Part shown: positions 7,951 to 17,381 of the stretch, piece after piece | How the letters are laid out: the number at the start of each line of letters is the position of its first letter | How positions within the stretch are numbered: position 1 is the stretch's first letter | Assembly: GCA_014380545.1 (NCBI GenBank) | Contig: JACMJP010000238.1 | Span: forward strand, 1 to 49,274 | Source: Chitinophagales bacterium | Lineage (GTDB): Bacteria > Bacteroidota > Bacteroidia > Chitinophagales > BACL12 | Direction of reading: 5' to 3' | Length of the DNA stretch: 49,274 bases | Position numbers and translations under genes: made by a program | Notes under the pieces: generated by a model | Seen by the model: the letters and a program-made list of their open reading frames with translations, nothing else | Database searches by the model: none | Told to the model about the DNA's origin: nothing

Positions 7951-10365
7951 TTAAAATAATTTTATTTTATTTTTTATACCAAAAAACCTCCTGAAGAAAG
8001 ATTTTTTGTTTTCAGCATCAGAATAATAATCATGGTAACCGCTATAACCATAACCATAACCATAACCATAACCATAGCCATATTCTGTTCCACTGGCATT
8101 TGCATCGTTCACAATGATCGCTAGGTTTTTAATTCCATTATCAAAATATAACCGGTTTATATTATTAATAAAATTACGTTTGCTGAAATTTGCTCTTAAA
8201 ACATATAAAGGCAGGTCAACTTTTGATAACACAGGGATTGAGTCGGCAACAATACCAACAGGTGGACTGTCAATAATAACATAATCATATTTTTCCTGCA
8301 AATCACTCAATAATTTATCCGCAGCAGAAGATACTAATAATTCAGCAGGGTTTGGTGGAGTGGGGCCGGATAATAAAATATCCATGTATTGATGTCCCGA
8401 AGCATGCAAACACTCTTCTAAAGAATTTTTACCAATTAATATTGTACTAATGCCTTTGTCATTTTTAAATTTAAATGCTTTGTGTACTTTAGGTTTGCGT
8501 AAATCAAAATCTATAAGAATAACTTTTTTCTCTAATGTGCTTAATACATAAGCAAGATTTAATGCAATAAAAGTTTTTCCTTCTCCACTCACCGTTGATG
8601 TAACTGACAGCAGGATACCTTTTTCTTTATTCTTCAGGAAATATTGCATATTACTGCGCACTGCCCTGAACGCTTCTGCAATTTGCGATCTCGGGTTATT
8701 ATCTACAACAATTTGCGGACGATCTAACTTGCTTTTTGTGTATTGAGGTAAGATACCTAGTATAGGAATTGAAGTTGCTTTTTCCACATCAGGTACCCCT
8801 ATAATTACGCTGTGTAATAAAAATCTTAAATATACATGCGCAAAACTTAAACCTACACCAATTAAAAAACATAAACCCCATATTTTTGATCTCACAGGTG
8901 AAACCACTGAACCTTTTTCTCCTGCGTCAAGAATTATATAATCACTCGTCATGCCTGCAAGGCTTATTGCGTATTCACTTTGTTTTTCAAGCAGTAATAA
9001 ATAATATTTTTCTTTCAGGTCATTTAATCTTGTGAGCCGTGCGAATTCGCTTTCTTTTTCAGGTAATTGTAAAAATTCACTTTCATATTTTTTTTCTTCG
9101 CTTTCAAGATATTGTTTCCGCACATTCAGTTTATCCTGTGCATTTCTGATTGCTGAACGAAAATTTTTCTTGACGCCGTCAATTTGCTTATTGATATTTG
9201 TAACCCTGGGATCTGTAGATACAACACTAATACCTAGGTTTTCTTTTTGCCTCTTTAATTCAGTGAGGGAGTTTATGTACGGAGAAAAATCATTGTATTT
9301 CAAATCGCCAAAAAAATTAGATATTTCATCTAAATTATCATTATTATTATCTGTAAAATCACTCAGCCAGTTTAGTCCTTTTTCTTCCAGCATAACTTCA
9401 AGTTGTGCCTGGTCTATTTCATTTAATTTTTCTGTAATATTTGTTTCTGCAATACTTGGACTTATAATCAGGTTTTGTTTTTTAAAATTCTTCAATACAT
9501 TCTCTTGGTTATATAATTCTTTTTCCAATGAATCTATCTGCGATTCAATGAACTCAATTACCAGTGATGCACTTATTGCTTTTCTTTCAAGGCTCAGGCT
9601 TACAATTTCCTGTGCTATTGTATTTACAATCTCCTTACACTTTTCTCTGTTAGGGTCTTTATAATTTATAACTATTTTTCCCCCGTACAAATTATCAACG
9701 TCAATTCCAATACCCCCTTCAATATTTTTAGCAGATTGTTCTATATCATTTAAAACAAAATAAAAATTCTTATTCCAATGGTTGGGGTTTCTATCCAATA
9801 ATTTCCCCTGTAAATTAAATGCAGCAGTATTATAAATTTTATCAAAAGAATAATCTACGGAAATCTCTTCGCCATTATAAATATACCGCAAATTGTAAAT
9901 TGTTTCGTCTAAAATTGTAATGTCTATTTCTATACCAATTATCGAAGAGTCAAGAATAGTTGCCTGCACCTCATAAGGAGTTGAATTATACATTTCTGCA
10001 GTTTTTAATCTTTCCTTTAAATAATAACTAACATTAATAGGTAATTTTTTTAGTGCTTGTATCTTGTATCCTTTAGATTTCAAGATTGTCATCTCCTCAT
10101 TCAGCCGGTCAACATTGGGTTTAGATACAAGAATACCAAGATCAATGCTATTTTCCTGTGAACGGTCTTTAAATTGCACAACTGCACTGCTCTGATACAT
10201 TGGAGTTGCATATCTTAAATAGAGATATGCGATTACCATAATAATGATCATGTAAGCAACAATCCACCAACGGTTAATCCAGGCAATTGTTAAAAACAAT
10301 TTCCAGTTAAATGAACCAGAATCCTGTTGCCCATTATCATTTAATATTTCATCTTTTCCGTTCAT
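7951..10365 (-). CDS. wzc: Polysaccharide co-polymerase / tyrosine autokinase (Wzc-like BY-kinase)
   Basis: 804 aa. N-terminal TM helix plus a long coiled-coil Wzz/GumC-like region and a second TM helix. Walker A SGEGKTF, A' ILIDFDLRKP, Walker B YVIIDSPPVG. C-terminal Tyr cluster YGYGYGYGYGYSGYHDYY. Confidence 0.9.
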   Translation of the reverse strand: MNGKDEILNDNGQQDSGSFNWKLFLTIAWINRWWIVAYMIIIMVIAYLYLRYATPMYQSSAVVQFKDRSQENSIDLGILVSKPNVDRLNEEMTILKSKGYKIQALKKLPINVSYYLKERLKTAEMYNSTPYEVQATILDSSIIGIEIDITILDETIYNLRYIYNGEEISVDYSFDKIYNTAAFNLQGKLLDRNPNHWNKNFYFVLNDIEQSAKNIEGGIGIDVDNLYGGKIVINYKDPNREKCKEIVNTIAQEIVSLSLERKAISASLVIEFIESQIDSLEKELYNQENVLKNFKKQNLIISPSIAETNITEKLNEIDQAQLEVMLEEKGLNWLSDFTDNNNDNLDEISNFFGDLKYNDFSPYINSLTELKRQKENLGISVVSTDPRVTNINKQIDGVKKNFRSAIRNAQDKLNVRKQYLESEEKKYESEFLQLPEKESEFARLTRLNDLKEKYYLLLLEKQSEYAISLAGMTSDYIILDAGEKGSVVSPVRSKIWGLCFLIGVGLSFAHVYLRFLLHSVIIGVPDVEKATSIPILGILPQYTKSKLDRPQIVVDNNPRSQIAEAFRAVRSNMQYFLKNKEKGILLSVTSTVSGEGKTFIALNLAYVLSTLEKKVILIDFDLRKPKVHKAFKFKNDKGISTILIGKNSLEECLHASGHQYMDILLSGPTPPNPAELLVSSAADKLLSDLQEKYDYVIIDSPPVGIVADSIPVLSKVDLPLYVLRANFSKRNFINNINRLYFDNGIKNLAIIVNDANASGTEYGYGYGYGYGYGYSGYHDYYSDAENKKSFFRRFFGIKNKIKLF
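8044..8079 (-). repeat. Hexanucleotide microsatellite (5 perfect ataacc units plus 1 atagcc unit on the + strand) encoding the (YG)n tyrosine cluster of Wzc
   Basis: Units counted directly at 8044-8049, 8050-8055, 8056-8061, 8062-8067, 8068-8073, then atagcc at 8074-8079. Confidence 0.85.
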
Positions 10366-10386
10366 TTTTAATGATTCCGCAAAAAT

Positions 10387-11166
10387 TTAAATTTTATTAA
10401 GGCTCGCAAAGTATACATAAATTACAATGATGCCTGATACAGCTGTTAAAATGGGTGTAAGTTCTTTTATTAATTCCGTGTTTACTGTAGGTTCAATATA
10501 AATAATATCGTTTGGTTGAATGCGGGTATTTGCTAATTGTAAACCTTCAAGGGTTGAAAGATCAATTAAACTCATTTGAAGACTATCAGCATTTTCCCGT
10601 ATCACTTTTATTTTTGAAGATTTACCTGTTGCGGTTATCCCGCCAGCCTGCGCTATCGCTTCAATAATTGTCATATTCTTGTTTTCCAGTTTCACAACTT
10701 CTGCTCTTTCATTCCCCCGGTAAACAGTTACTCTTTTATTCATTACATAAAGCCGCACATAAGGTTCAATATAATGTTCTGCATATAATTGCTGCAATTG
10801 TAACATTGCCTCCTGTTCTGTTATGCCTGAAAGATTAACTATGCCCAACACCGGGAGGTTTACATTTCCTGCCCTGTCAATTTCATATTGTAATGAAACG
10901 GGAATACCTCCTGAGGATGACATATTACTTACAGAAACCAATAATGGGTCTAGCAGCTTATCTCCCTTATTTGAGAACACATGCAATTCAAATTTATCAC
11001 CAGGTACTAATTTATAATCAGCTGACTGTTGTGTTAGCTGTGCATATTCATAATCTTTAGGTGTCTTAAAAAGTTTGTTGGGGAAAAAAAAATTACAGGA
11101 TATGCAGCAACATATTATAATGGAGCAAAAAAAAATTTTCGCAGGTGCTGAATAAAAAATATGCAT
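10387..11166 (-). CDS. wza: Outer-membrane polysaccharide export protein (Wza-like, short Bacteroidota form)
   Basis: Cys-rich lipoprotein-like N-terminus. DYKLVPGDKFELHVF (Poly_export motif), then the SLBB-like IIEAIAQAGGIT...RIQPNDIIYI. Located directly upstream of wzc. Confidence 0.8.
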   Translation of the reverse strand: MHIFYSAPAKIFFCSIIICCCISCNFFFPNKLFKTPKDYEYAQLTQQSADYKLVPGDKFELHVFSNKGDKLLDPLLVSVSNMSSSGGIPVSLQYEIDRAGNVNLPVLGIVNLSGITEQEAMLQLQQLYAEHYIEPYVRLYVMNKRVTVYRGNERAEVVKLENKNMTIIEAIAQAGGITATGKSSKIKVIRENADSLQMSLIDLSTLEGLQLANTRIQPNDIIYIEPTVNTELIKELTPILTAVSGIIVIYVYFASLNKI

Positions 11167-11221
11167 TTATTTAATAGTGAATCATCTATTCCTTCAATAC
11201 CAATTTTCGTAAAATCTTGTA

Positions 11222-11229
11222 CAAAGATA
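11222..11229 (-). promoter_or_regulatory. Candidate internal -7 box (TAtcTTTG on the minus strand) upstream of wza
   Basis: The + strand reads caaagata, an exact TAnnTTTG on the minus strand, 56 nt upstream of the wza ATG in a 116-nt gap. Confidence 0.3.
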
Positions 11230-11282
11230 AAGAGAGACCATCATTACAATAGCGTCGACTTTACTTCATATATAGAATATAA

Positions 11283-13226
11283 TCACTTATCAGAGATGTT
11301 AAAAAACCTTGTTTCGTTGTCAAGCCCCGTGAATGCAGAATTCCGGCTAATAAACTCAGGTATAAATTCTTTTAATACAGCCACAACTTTGAACTGGTCG
11401 GGTTCAATCATTGAATGCTGAAATTTATCAAAAACGTATTCGACGAATGCTGAGTCGTATGTAGTAGCATTTGCAACCATGATTTTCGGGTGTGGTGTGG
11501 GCAATGTATTTTCCCTATCATTGAGAAGTTCTTCATGTAATTTTTCTCCCGAACGCAATCCTGTAAAAATAAACTCTATATCTTTATCAGGCATTAAACC
11601 AGAAAGCAATACCATCTTTCTTGCAAGATCATAAATCTTTACACTTTCGCCCATATCAAATAAATAAATCTCTCCTCCATTTCCTAATGAAGAAGCCTGC
11701 AATACAAGTTGGCATGCTTCGGAAATTGTCATAAAATATCTTGTTACTTCAGGATGTGTAATCGTTACAGGTCCGCCATTTTCTATTTGCTTTTTAAATA
11801 ATGGGATTACAGATCCACTACTTCCTAATACGTTTCCGAATCTTGTAGTAACAAATTTAGTTGAAGGGTACCTATCAGACATATCCTTTACATATATCTC
11901 TGCGGCCCGTTTTGTTGCACCCATGACATTTGTGGGGTTAACAGCTTTATCTGTTGAAATAAATATAAATTTATTAACCTTATTTTCAACTGAAAGATCA
12001 ACAAGGTTTTTCGTTCCAAGAACATTTACATGCACCGCCTCAAGCGGGTTTGTTTCCATGAGCGGAACATGTTTATAAGCAGCAGCATGGAAAACAATTT
12101 CCGGTTTATATGTTTCAAAAACATGCTGAAGACGATGTCTTTGGGTAATATCGCAGATAATTGTTTCAACAACATGTTCTTCCATCAATTGCATCATGAG
12201 CCATAGTTCAGTTTGCAGGTCATACAAACCACTTTCAGCCTGATCAAGCAGAATTAATTTTTTAGGTTTATGGTAAATAACCTGTCTTACCAGTTCGCTT
12301 CCAATAGAACCTGCAGCTCCTGTGATTAAAATTATTTTACCCGATATTTCATCATTAATATTGCCTGAATGTATATGAATAAGCTCTCTTTCTAACAAAT
12401 CCTCAATACGCATATTTCTTATCTGGTGTGCTGTAAGTTTTCCGTTTATCCAATCTTCCATTGGGGGAAGATGTTTTACACTCACCTTATTTGCAAGGCA
12501 TCTTTCAACAACAATATTTTTTATATCATGTGAAAGATGGGGTTCTGCTATGATACATTCCGTTATTCTAAAATTTTTTACTAAATTAGAAATTTTTGAA
12601 ACTGGATATACTTTTACCCCTTCTAAATATTTATTTATTTTTTCTTTATCATCATCTATAAATGCACATACTTTATAATTTTTAAACATATCTTCTTTTA
12701 ACGCCCGCAAAGTATTCACACCTCCTCTGTCTGCACCATAAATAATTACTGATAAAGTTGGCAACATACTTTGTTTACCTGATTGATAAAATAATACTTT
12801 AATACCATATCGGCTTAATGCAAGTAATACTATGTTTAGTATAAAATGTATTATTGCAATAGAAGCAGGCAATACATGAACCTCAGGTGAAAAATATTTG
12901 CTGAGTGTTGAAACAAGAATAGTAAAGACTGATGCTGCAATACCTGCCCTAACTAATTTAATTGTATCTGCAACACCAGAATGTCTGATTATTCCTTCGT
13001 ATGATTTGAATAAAATAAATGTAATTGTATAAAGAGTGGTTATTAGCGTTAAATCTCTTACAAATATGTTGAAATGTATTTCGTCAGTGCGAAAATTATA
13101 ACGCAGAATGTAGGCGACACAATAGGTGAATATTGTGACCATTAAATCAAACCCTAAAACGATCCACTTTGAAAGAATACGGGTGCCTAAGACCTGATTA
13201 ATAATCGTTCGCAACGCTTGTGGCAT
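11283..13226 (-). CDS. Membrane-anchored UDP-HexNAc 4,6-dehydratase (CapD/WbpM/PglF family)
   Basis: 647 aa. About four N-terminal TM helices, then the SDR core ILITGAAGSIGSEL, FHAAAYKHVPLME and RFGNVLGSSGSVIP. Confidence 0.85.
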   Translation of the reverse strand: MPQALRTIINQVLGTRILSKWIVLGFDLMVTIFTYCVAYILRYNFRTDEIHFNIFVRDLTLITTLYTITFILFKSYEGIIRHSGVADTIKLVRAGIAASVFTILVSTLSKYFSPEVHVLPASIAIIHFILNIVLLALSRYGIKVLFYQSGKQSMLPTLSVIIYGADRGGVNTLRALKEDMFKNYKVCAFIDDDKEKINKYLEGVKVYPVSKISNLVKNFRITECIIAEPHLSHDIKNIVVERCLANKVSVKHLPPMEDWINGKLTAHQIRNMRIEDLLERELIHIHSGNINDEISGKIILITGAAGSIGSELVRQVIYHKPKKLILLDQAESGLYDLQTELWLMMQLMEEHVVETIICDITQRHRLQHVFETYKPEIVFHAAAYKHVPLMETNPLEAVHVNVLGTKNLVDLSVENKVNKFIFISTDKAVNPTNVMGATKRAAEIYVKDMSDRYPSTKFVTTRFGNVLGSSGSVIPLFKKQIENGGPVTITHPEVTRYFMTISEACQLVLQASSLGNGGEIYLFDMGESVKIYDLARKMVLLSGLMPDKDIEFIFTGLRSGEKLHEELLNDRENTLPTPHPKIMVANATTYDSAFVEYVFDKFQHSMIEPDQFKVVAVLKEFIPEFISRNSAFTGLDNETRFFNISDK

Positions 13227-13342
13227 AAATTAATTTTGTGTGTGTACAAATACGGTCTGATACAGATTAGGTAAAACGCAATTATAAAGGTAAGTCAATT
13301 ATACGCAAACAGTCACCGACGGATATTAAAAATATGTGACAA

Positions 13343-14500
13343 TTATTTTAAGGATTTGGAGGGTTCTAATCCGGACTTAATTACAGCGATTATGTGTGTA
13401 AGGTTTTGTTGAGAAAGGTCAGAGCCGGAAGGCAGACATAAACCTGAATTGAAGAGTTTCTCTGATGTTCCGTTTACAAATTTCGGATGATGTTTAAACA
13501 CCGGTTGCAGATGAAGCGGTTTCCATAAAGGTCTTGCTTCAATATTTTGTTGTTCAAGTTGTAAACGAATATCTGTATTTGATATACCGTTTGTTTTTGT
13601 TTCATCAATTAAAATTGTAGTAAGCCAACGGTTACTGAAATAACCCGTTTTTTCTTTCAAAAAAGAAATTCCATTAAGATCATTTAAAGCAGACGAGTAA
13701 GTATTAAAATTATTCCGCCTTTGTTGGATTCGTTCTTCTAACACTGTCATTTGTCCTACTCCTATTGCGGCGCAGATATTACTCAATCGATAATTATATC
13801 CGATTTGTGAATGCTCGTAATGCGGGGCTTTATCTCTTGCCTGCGTTGCCAAAAATTTTGCTGTTTCAATATAATCTTTATTATTACTTATTAATGCCCC
13901 GCCCCCTGATGTTGTTATAATTTTATTTCCATTAAAGGATAGAATATTTAATACCCCAAATGTTCCGGTATATTGATCTTTATATTTTGATCCTAAAGAT
14001 TCTGCCGCATCTTCAATAATTGGAATTTCATACTTATTTGATACGATTATAATATCATGCATATTAGCTGGCATACCATATAAATGCACAACAATAATTG
14101 CGGCGGGCTTCTTATTTTTTTTTTGAATACAAAATTCAATTGCTTCAGCGAGAAGATTTGCATCCATGTTCCATGTGTTTGTTTCACTATCAACAAACAC
14201 GGGAATTGCATTTTCATATATAACAGGATTTGCTGAGGCTGAAAATGTAAAAGAAGGGCAAATAACATAATCACCTTTTTTTACACCCCTTATTTTTAAT
14301 GCAAGGTGCATTGCTGCTGTTCCCGAGCTAAGCGCTGCTGCATGCTGTATACCAACATAACTGCATATATCTTTTTCAAATCTATTTACGTAGCTGCCTA
14401 AAGGGGCTATCCAATTGCTGGCAAAGGCGTCCTGCACATACTCCAATTCCTTTCCGCACATGTGTGGAGGAGATAACCATATTTTTTTATTTTCACTCAC
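13343..14500 (-). CDS. DegT/DnrJ/EryC1/StrS-family PLP sugar aminotransferase (PglE/WcfR-like)
   Basis: IWLSPPHMCGKELEYVQDAFASNWIAPLG, and ILSFNGNKIITTSGGGALI containing the PLP lysine. GTG start. Confidence 0.85.
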   Translation of the reverse strand: MSENKKIWLSPPHMCGKELEYVQDAFASNWIAPLGSYVNRFEKDICSYVGIQHAAALSSGTAAMHLALKIRGVKKGDYVICPSFTFSASANPVIYENAIPVFVDSETNTWNMDANLLAEAIEFCIQKKNKKPAAIIVVHLYGMPANMHDIIIVSNKYEIPIIEDAAESLGSKYKDQYTGTFGVLNILSFNGNKIITTSGGGALISNNKDYIETAKFLATQARDKAPHYEHSQIGYNYRLSNICAAIGVGQMTVLEERIQQRRNNFNTYSSALNDLNGISFLKEKTGYFSNRWLTTILIDETKTNGISNTDIRLQLEQQNIEARPLWKPLHLQPVFKHHPKFVNGTSEKLFNSGLCLPSGSDLSQQNLTHIIAVIKSGLEPSKSLK

Positions 14501-14508
14501 AGTAATTA

Positions 14509-15480
14509 TTACGCTAAATAATTTTTAATAATTATTTCATCATCATATCTGAGCATTAATACGTTTTCTTCCCAATGCTCTGTAAAACTTATTTCTTTCT
14601 TATAAAAATATTCATCTATAAGCATAGCAGGAAAATTCGCACCTGCATGATAACTCAATGGATAACCGCCACCAAATCTTGGATTGATCTCAATTCCGAA
14701 AACGATGTCAGATATTGCATTATAAAACAATTGTAAATTTATGCAACCAACAACTCCCGGCAGGTATTGTAACTTATTATATAGATATTCTATTAATTTA
14801 TTCTTTGCCGTAACGCCTTTACTTACCTCACCTGCCCTTACTTCAATTCGTTTTCTTGGAATTATACATTTTACTTTGTTATCACATCCGTAATACATAT
14901 CAACTGTAAATTCAGTATATTGTTTTGGATCCAGATATTCAAGAAAAATAAATTTTTCTTCATCTAAAATACTTTCAGAAAGTTGCTCACTGTTAAAAGC
15001 AACAAATATGTTTTTTGATGAACTGCCATCCACAGGTTTTACAAATACAGGAAATGATAAGTTGTTTTTTTTATATTGTTCCGGAACGGGTATTTCGTGT
15101 TGCCTGAAAAATTGTTGCGTTAGCCTCTTATCTCTGCAAATAGAGATAAATGAATGATCAGAAATAATACAATGCGTTCCGATGTTTTTAAATTCATTTT
15201 TATGTTCAGCCAAAATTTTTAATTCAGTATCAATAGTAGGAATGATCATTCCTATATTTTCCTTTTCGCACATTTCAATTAAAGATTCAATATACTTGCC
15301 GCTGTTTATTGTGGGTACAGCATAGTATGCATCGGCTCTCATGCATGCAGGGGATAATTCCGGGGAACTATCAGCAGCTATTACTTTAAGCCCCGGTTTC
15401 TTTTTATGCAACTCCTGCATAAACATTTTTATTAATGAAACCCTTCTACCCGCCGATGTTACTAAAATATTCTGGTGCAT
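14509..15480 (-). CDS. ATP-grasp domain enzyme (carboxylate-amine ligase type)
   Basis: ILVTSAGRRVSLIK N-terminal Rossmann-like pre-ATP-grasp motif. FPVFVKPVDGSSSKNIF and GIEINPRFGGGYP are typical ATP-grasp elements. Confidence 0.75.
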   Translation of the reverse strand: MHQNILVTSAGRRVSLIKMFMQELHKKKPGLKVIAADSSPELSPACMRADAYYAVPTINSGKYIESLIEMCEKENIGMIIPTIDTELKILAEHKNEFKNIGTHCIISDHSFISICRDKRLTQQFFRQHEIPVPEQYKKNNLSFPVFVKPVDGSSSKNIFVAFNSEQLSESILDEEKFIFLEYLDPKQYTEFTVDMYYGCDNKVKCIIPRKRIEVRAGEVSKGVTAKNKLIEYLYNKLQYLPGVVGCINLQLFYNAISDIVFGIEINPRFGGGYPLSYHAGANFPAMLIDEYFYKKEISFTEHWEENVLMLRYDDEIIIKNYLA

Positions 15481-16088
15481 TAATTATATCCGTTAAACGG
15501 TGGCATAGTAATATTTTCGGAGCTGCTAACACCTTCTCCGGAAAATATTTTTTTAAATGTGATGAAAATTATTTTAATATCAAGAATAAAGTTATAATTT
15601 TCTACATACCACACATCCAATAAAAATTTTTCCTTCCATGAAATAGCATTTCTTCCATTTATTTGTGCCCAACCTGTAATGCCTGGTTTTAAAAGATGCC
15701 TGCGGTTTTGTTCAATGGAATAAATAGGGAGATACTCAATCAATAACGGTCTTGGTCCTACTAAACTCATATCGCCTTTTATTACGTTGATCAATTGCAA
15801 TACTTCATCAAGTGAGCTACGCCGTATAAGCTTCCCGGCAGCAGTTAGTCGATGTGCATCAGGCAACAATTCCCCATCTGCATCTTTTGCGTCATTCATG
15901 GTTTTAAATTTTATAATACTAAAAATATGCGCATTTTTACCGGGCCTTATCTGAGTAAAAAAAGGTTTGCCTTTATTTATCACTAATAAAATTGCAGTAG
16001 TAATAATAATAAACGGAGAAAAAATAATAACTCCCAAAAGTGATATTGTTATATCAAGCATGCGTTTTCCGAATTTTTTATAAACCAC
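15480..16088 (-). CDS. Small monotopic phosphoglycosyl transferase (PglC/WcfS/WbaP C-terminal type initiating sugar transferase)
   Basis: 202 aa. KRMLDITISLLGVIIFSPFIII re-entrant helix, FSIIKFKTM, DEVLQLINVIKGDMSLVGPRP, GITGWAQING. GTG start. Confidence 0.9.
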   Translation of the reverse strand: MVYKKFGKRMLDITISLLGVIIFSPFIIITTAILLVINKGKPFFTQIRPGKNAHIFSIIKFKTMNDAKDADGELLPDAHRLTAAGKLIRRSSLDEVLQLINVIKGDMSLVGPRPLLIEYLPIYSIEQNRRHLLKPGITGWAQINGRNAISWKEKFLLDVWYVENYNFILDIKIIFITFKKIFSGEGVSSSENITMPPFNGYN

Positions 16089-16090
16089 AA

Positions 16091-17380
16091 TTATGCGATG
16101 TTTTTAATTTTCTGTTTTTGTACTGATGCAACCGTAGTTTTTTTCTTTATGAATTTTTCAAGTTCTGTAATATACTCTGCTGCAAGTTTTTCTCTATCAA
16201 AATATTTATGCACAAAGGCATATCCGTTCTCACCATGTTGTGAAAGTAATTGTGGATTATTTAAGTATGCCTTCACCTGCTTTGCAAAATGTTCCGGGTT
16301 TTCCGGCTCAACATATAACCCTGCCTGCGCCTCTTCAATTAATTTTTTTGAGACGCCTTCTATTGCCATAAGCACGGGTTTTTTACACGATAAATAATCA
16401 AATGTTTTATTTGAATACACAGTTTTAAAAGTGTCATTTTTCATAAGCACGGAAGTACCCACATCTGCTGCAAGTATGTATTTAAAAATTTCTTCCTTAG
16501 GAACCGGATCAATAAATTGTACATTCTTTAATTGCATATTATACATTTTTTCCTTTAACATATTTTTTTGCATTCCATCTCCTATTAAAACAAATAAAAC
16601 ATTTGAGTCCTTCAGAATAGAAGCAGTTTGAAGGACTTGAATAAGGTGATTTGCTACTCCATGTGCACCAACATAACAGACAACAAATTTATCTTCCCAA
16701 CCAAGTTCTTTTCTAAAGCTTTGCGCCTGAAAGCTGTGCAGTAATTTTTCGGATAAGTTAAAGTCTGCGGCGTTGGGAATGTAAATTATTTTTTCAGCGG
16801 GTATATTTTTTTTTGCAATTATACTTTCTTTAAAAGCAGGCGTTAAGACATTAATAAGTTTTGCTTTTTTATAAATAAATTTTTCCGCAGCAAAAGCCAA
16901 TTTTATTACTAATTTATTTTTCACAATACCCGTATCAATTGCAGATTCAGGCCATAGATCTCTGACCTCAAATACATAAGGAATGCGTTTCAGGCGGGAA
17001 AGAAAATACCCCGCAATACCCACAAATAAAGGTGGCGAACTCACAACAATTAAATCGTATTTTTCTTTTGCCCTGAATATGCCAGCGTATACTGATGAAA
17101 AAACAAATGAAATATAACCTCTTAACCTTCCTGCAAAACCAGTATTGTATTTTTCAGAAACATGAGACCGGATAACCCGTACATTTTTGTGTTCCTCTTC
17201 TTCATACACATATTTACCTTTAAACAGGTGATGTTTTTTTCCTGTACTATAATGTGTCATTCCTGCAAGCACAGTAATACGATGTCCATTTTCTGCCCAC
17301 ACCTTTACCATTTCATTCCACCGGGAACCACCACTATCATGCTTTTCTAAATAATATTGATGAATTAAAAGGATATTCAA
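16091..17380 (-). CDS. Family 4 glycosyltransferase, WbuB/WcaI-like
   Basis: NILLIHQYY..GGSRWNEM N-terminus typical of WbuB-type GT4, with a C-terminal GT-B domain. TTG start; the conserved N-terminus lies upstream of the first ATG. Confidence 0.75.
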   Translation of the reverse strand: MNILLIHQYYLEKHDSGGSRWNEMVKVWAENGHRITVLAGMTHYSTGKKHHLFKGKYVYEEEEHKNVRVIRSHVSEKYNTGFAGRLRGYISFVFSSVYAGIFRAKEKYDLIVVSSPPLFVGIAGYFLSRLKRIPYVFEVRDLWPESAIDTGIVKNKLVIKLAFAAEKFIYKKAKLINVLTPAFKESIIAKKNIPAEKIIYIPNAADFNLSEKLLHSFQAQSFRKELGWEDKFVVCYVGAHGVANHLIQVLQTASILKDSNVLFVLIGDGMQKNMLKEKMYNMQLKNVQFIDPVPKEEIFKYILAADVGTSVLMKNDTFKTVYSNKTFDYLSCKKPVLMAIEGVSKKLIEEAQAGLYVEPENPEHFAKQVKAYLNNPQLLSQHGENGYAFVHKYFDREKLAAEYITELEKFIKKKTTVASVQKQKIKNIA

Positions 17381-17381
17381 T

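Noticed and set aside
9032-9664. 210-aa ORF on the + strand, antisense to wzc.
   Set aside because: The translation is low-complexity and rich in S/F/L, as expected for the antisense frame of an AT-rich, Lys/Glu/Asn-rich coiled-coil coding region. It lies entirely inside a well-supported gene.
11161-11421. 86-aa + strand ORF spanning the wza/capD-like intergenic gap.
   Set aside because: It overlaps the wza start codon and the 3' end of the dehydratase gene on the opposite strand. More likely this is non-coding spacer carrying an internal promoter (a TAtcTTTG box at 11229-11222).
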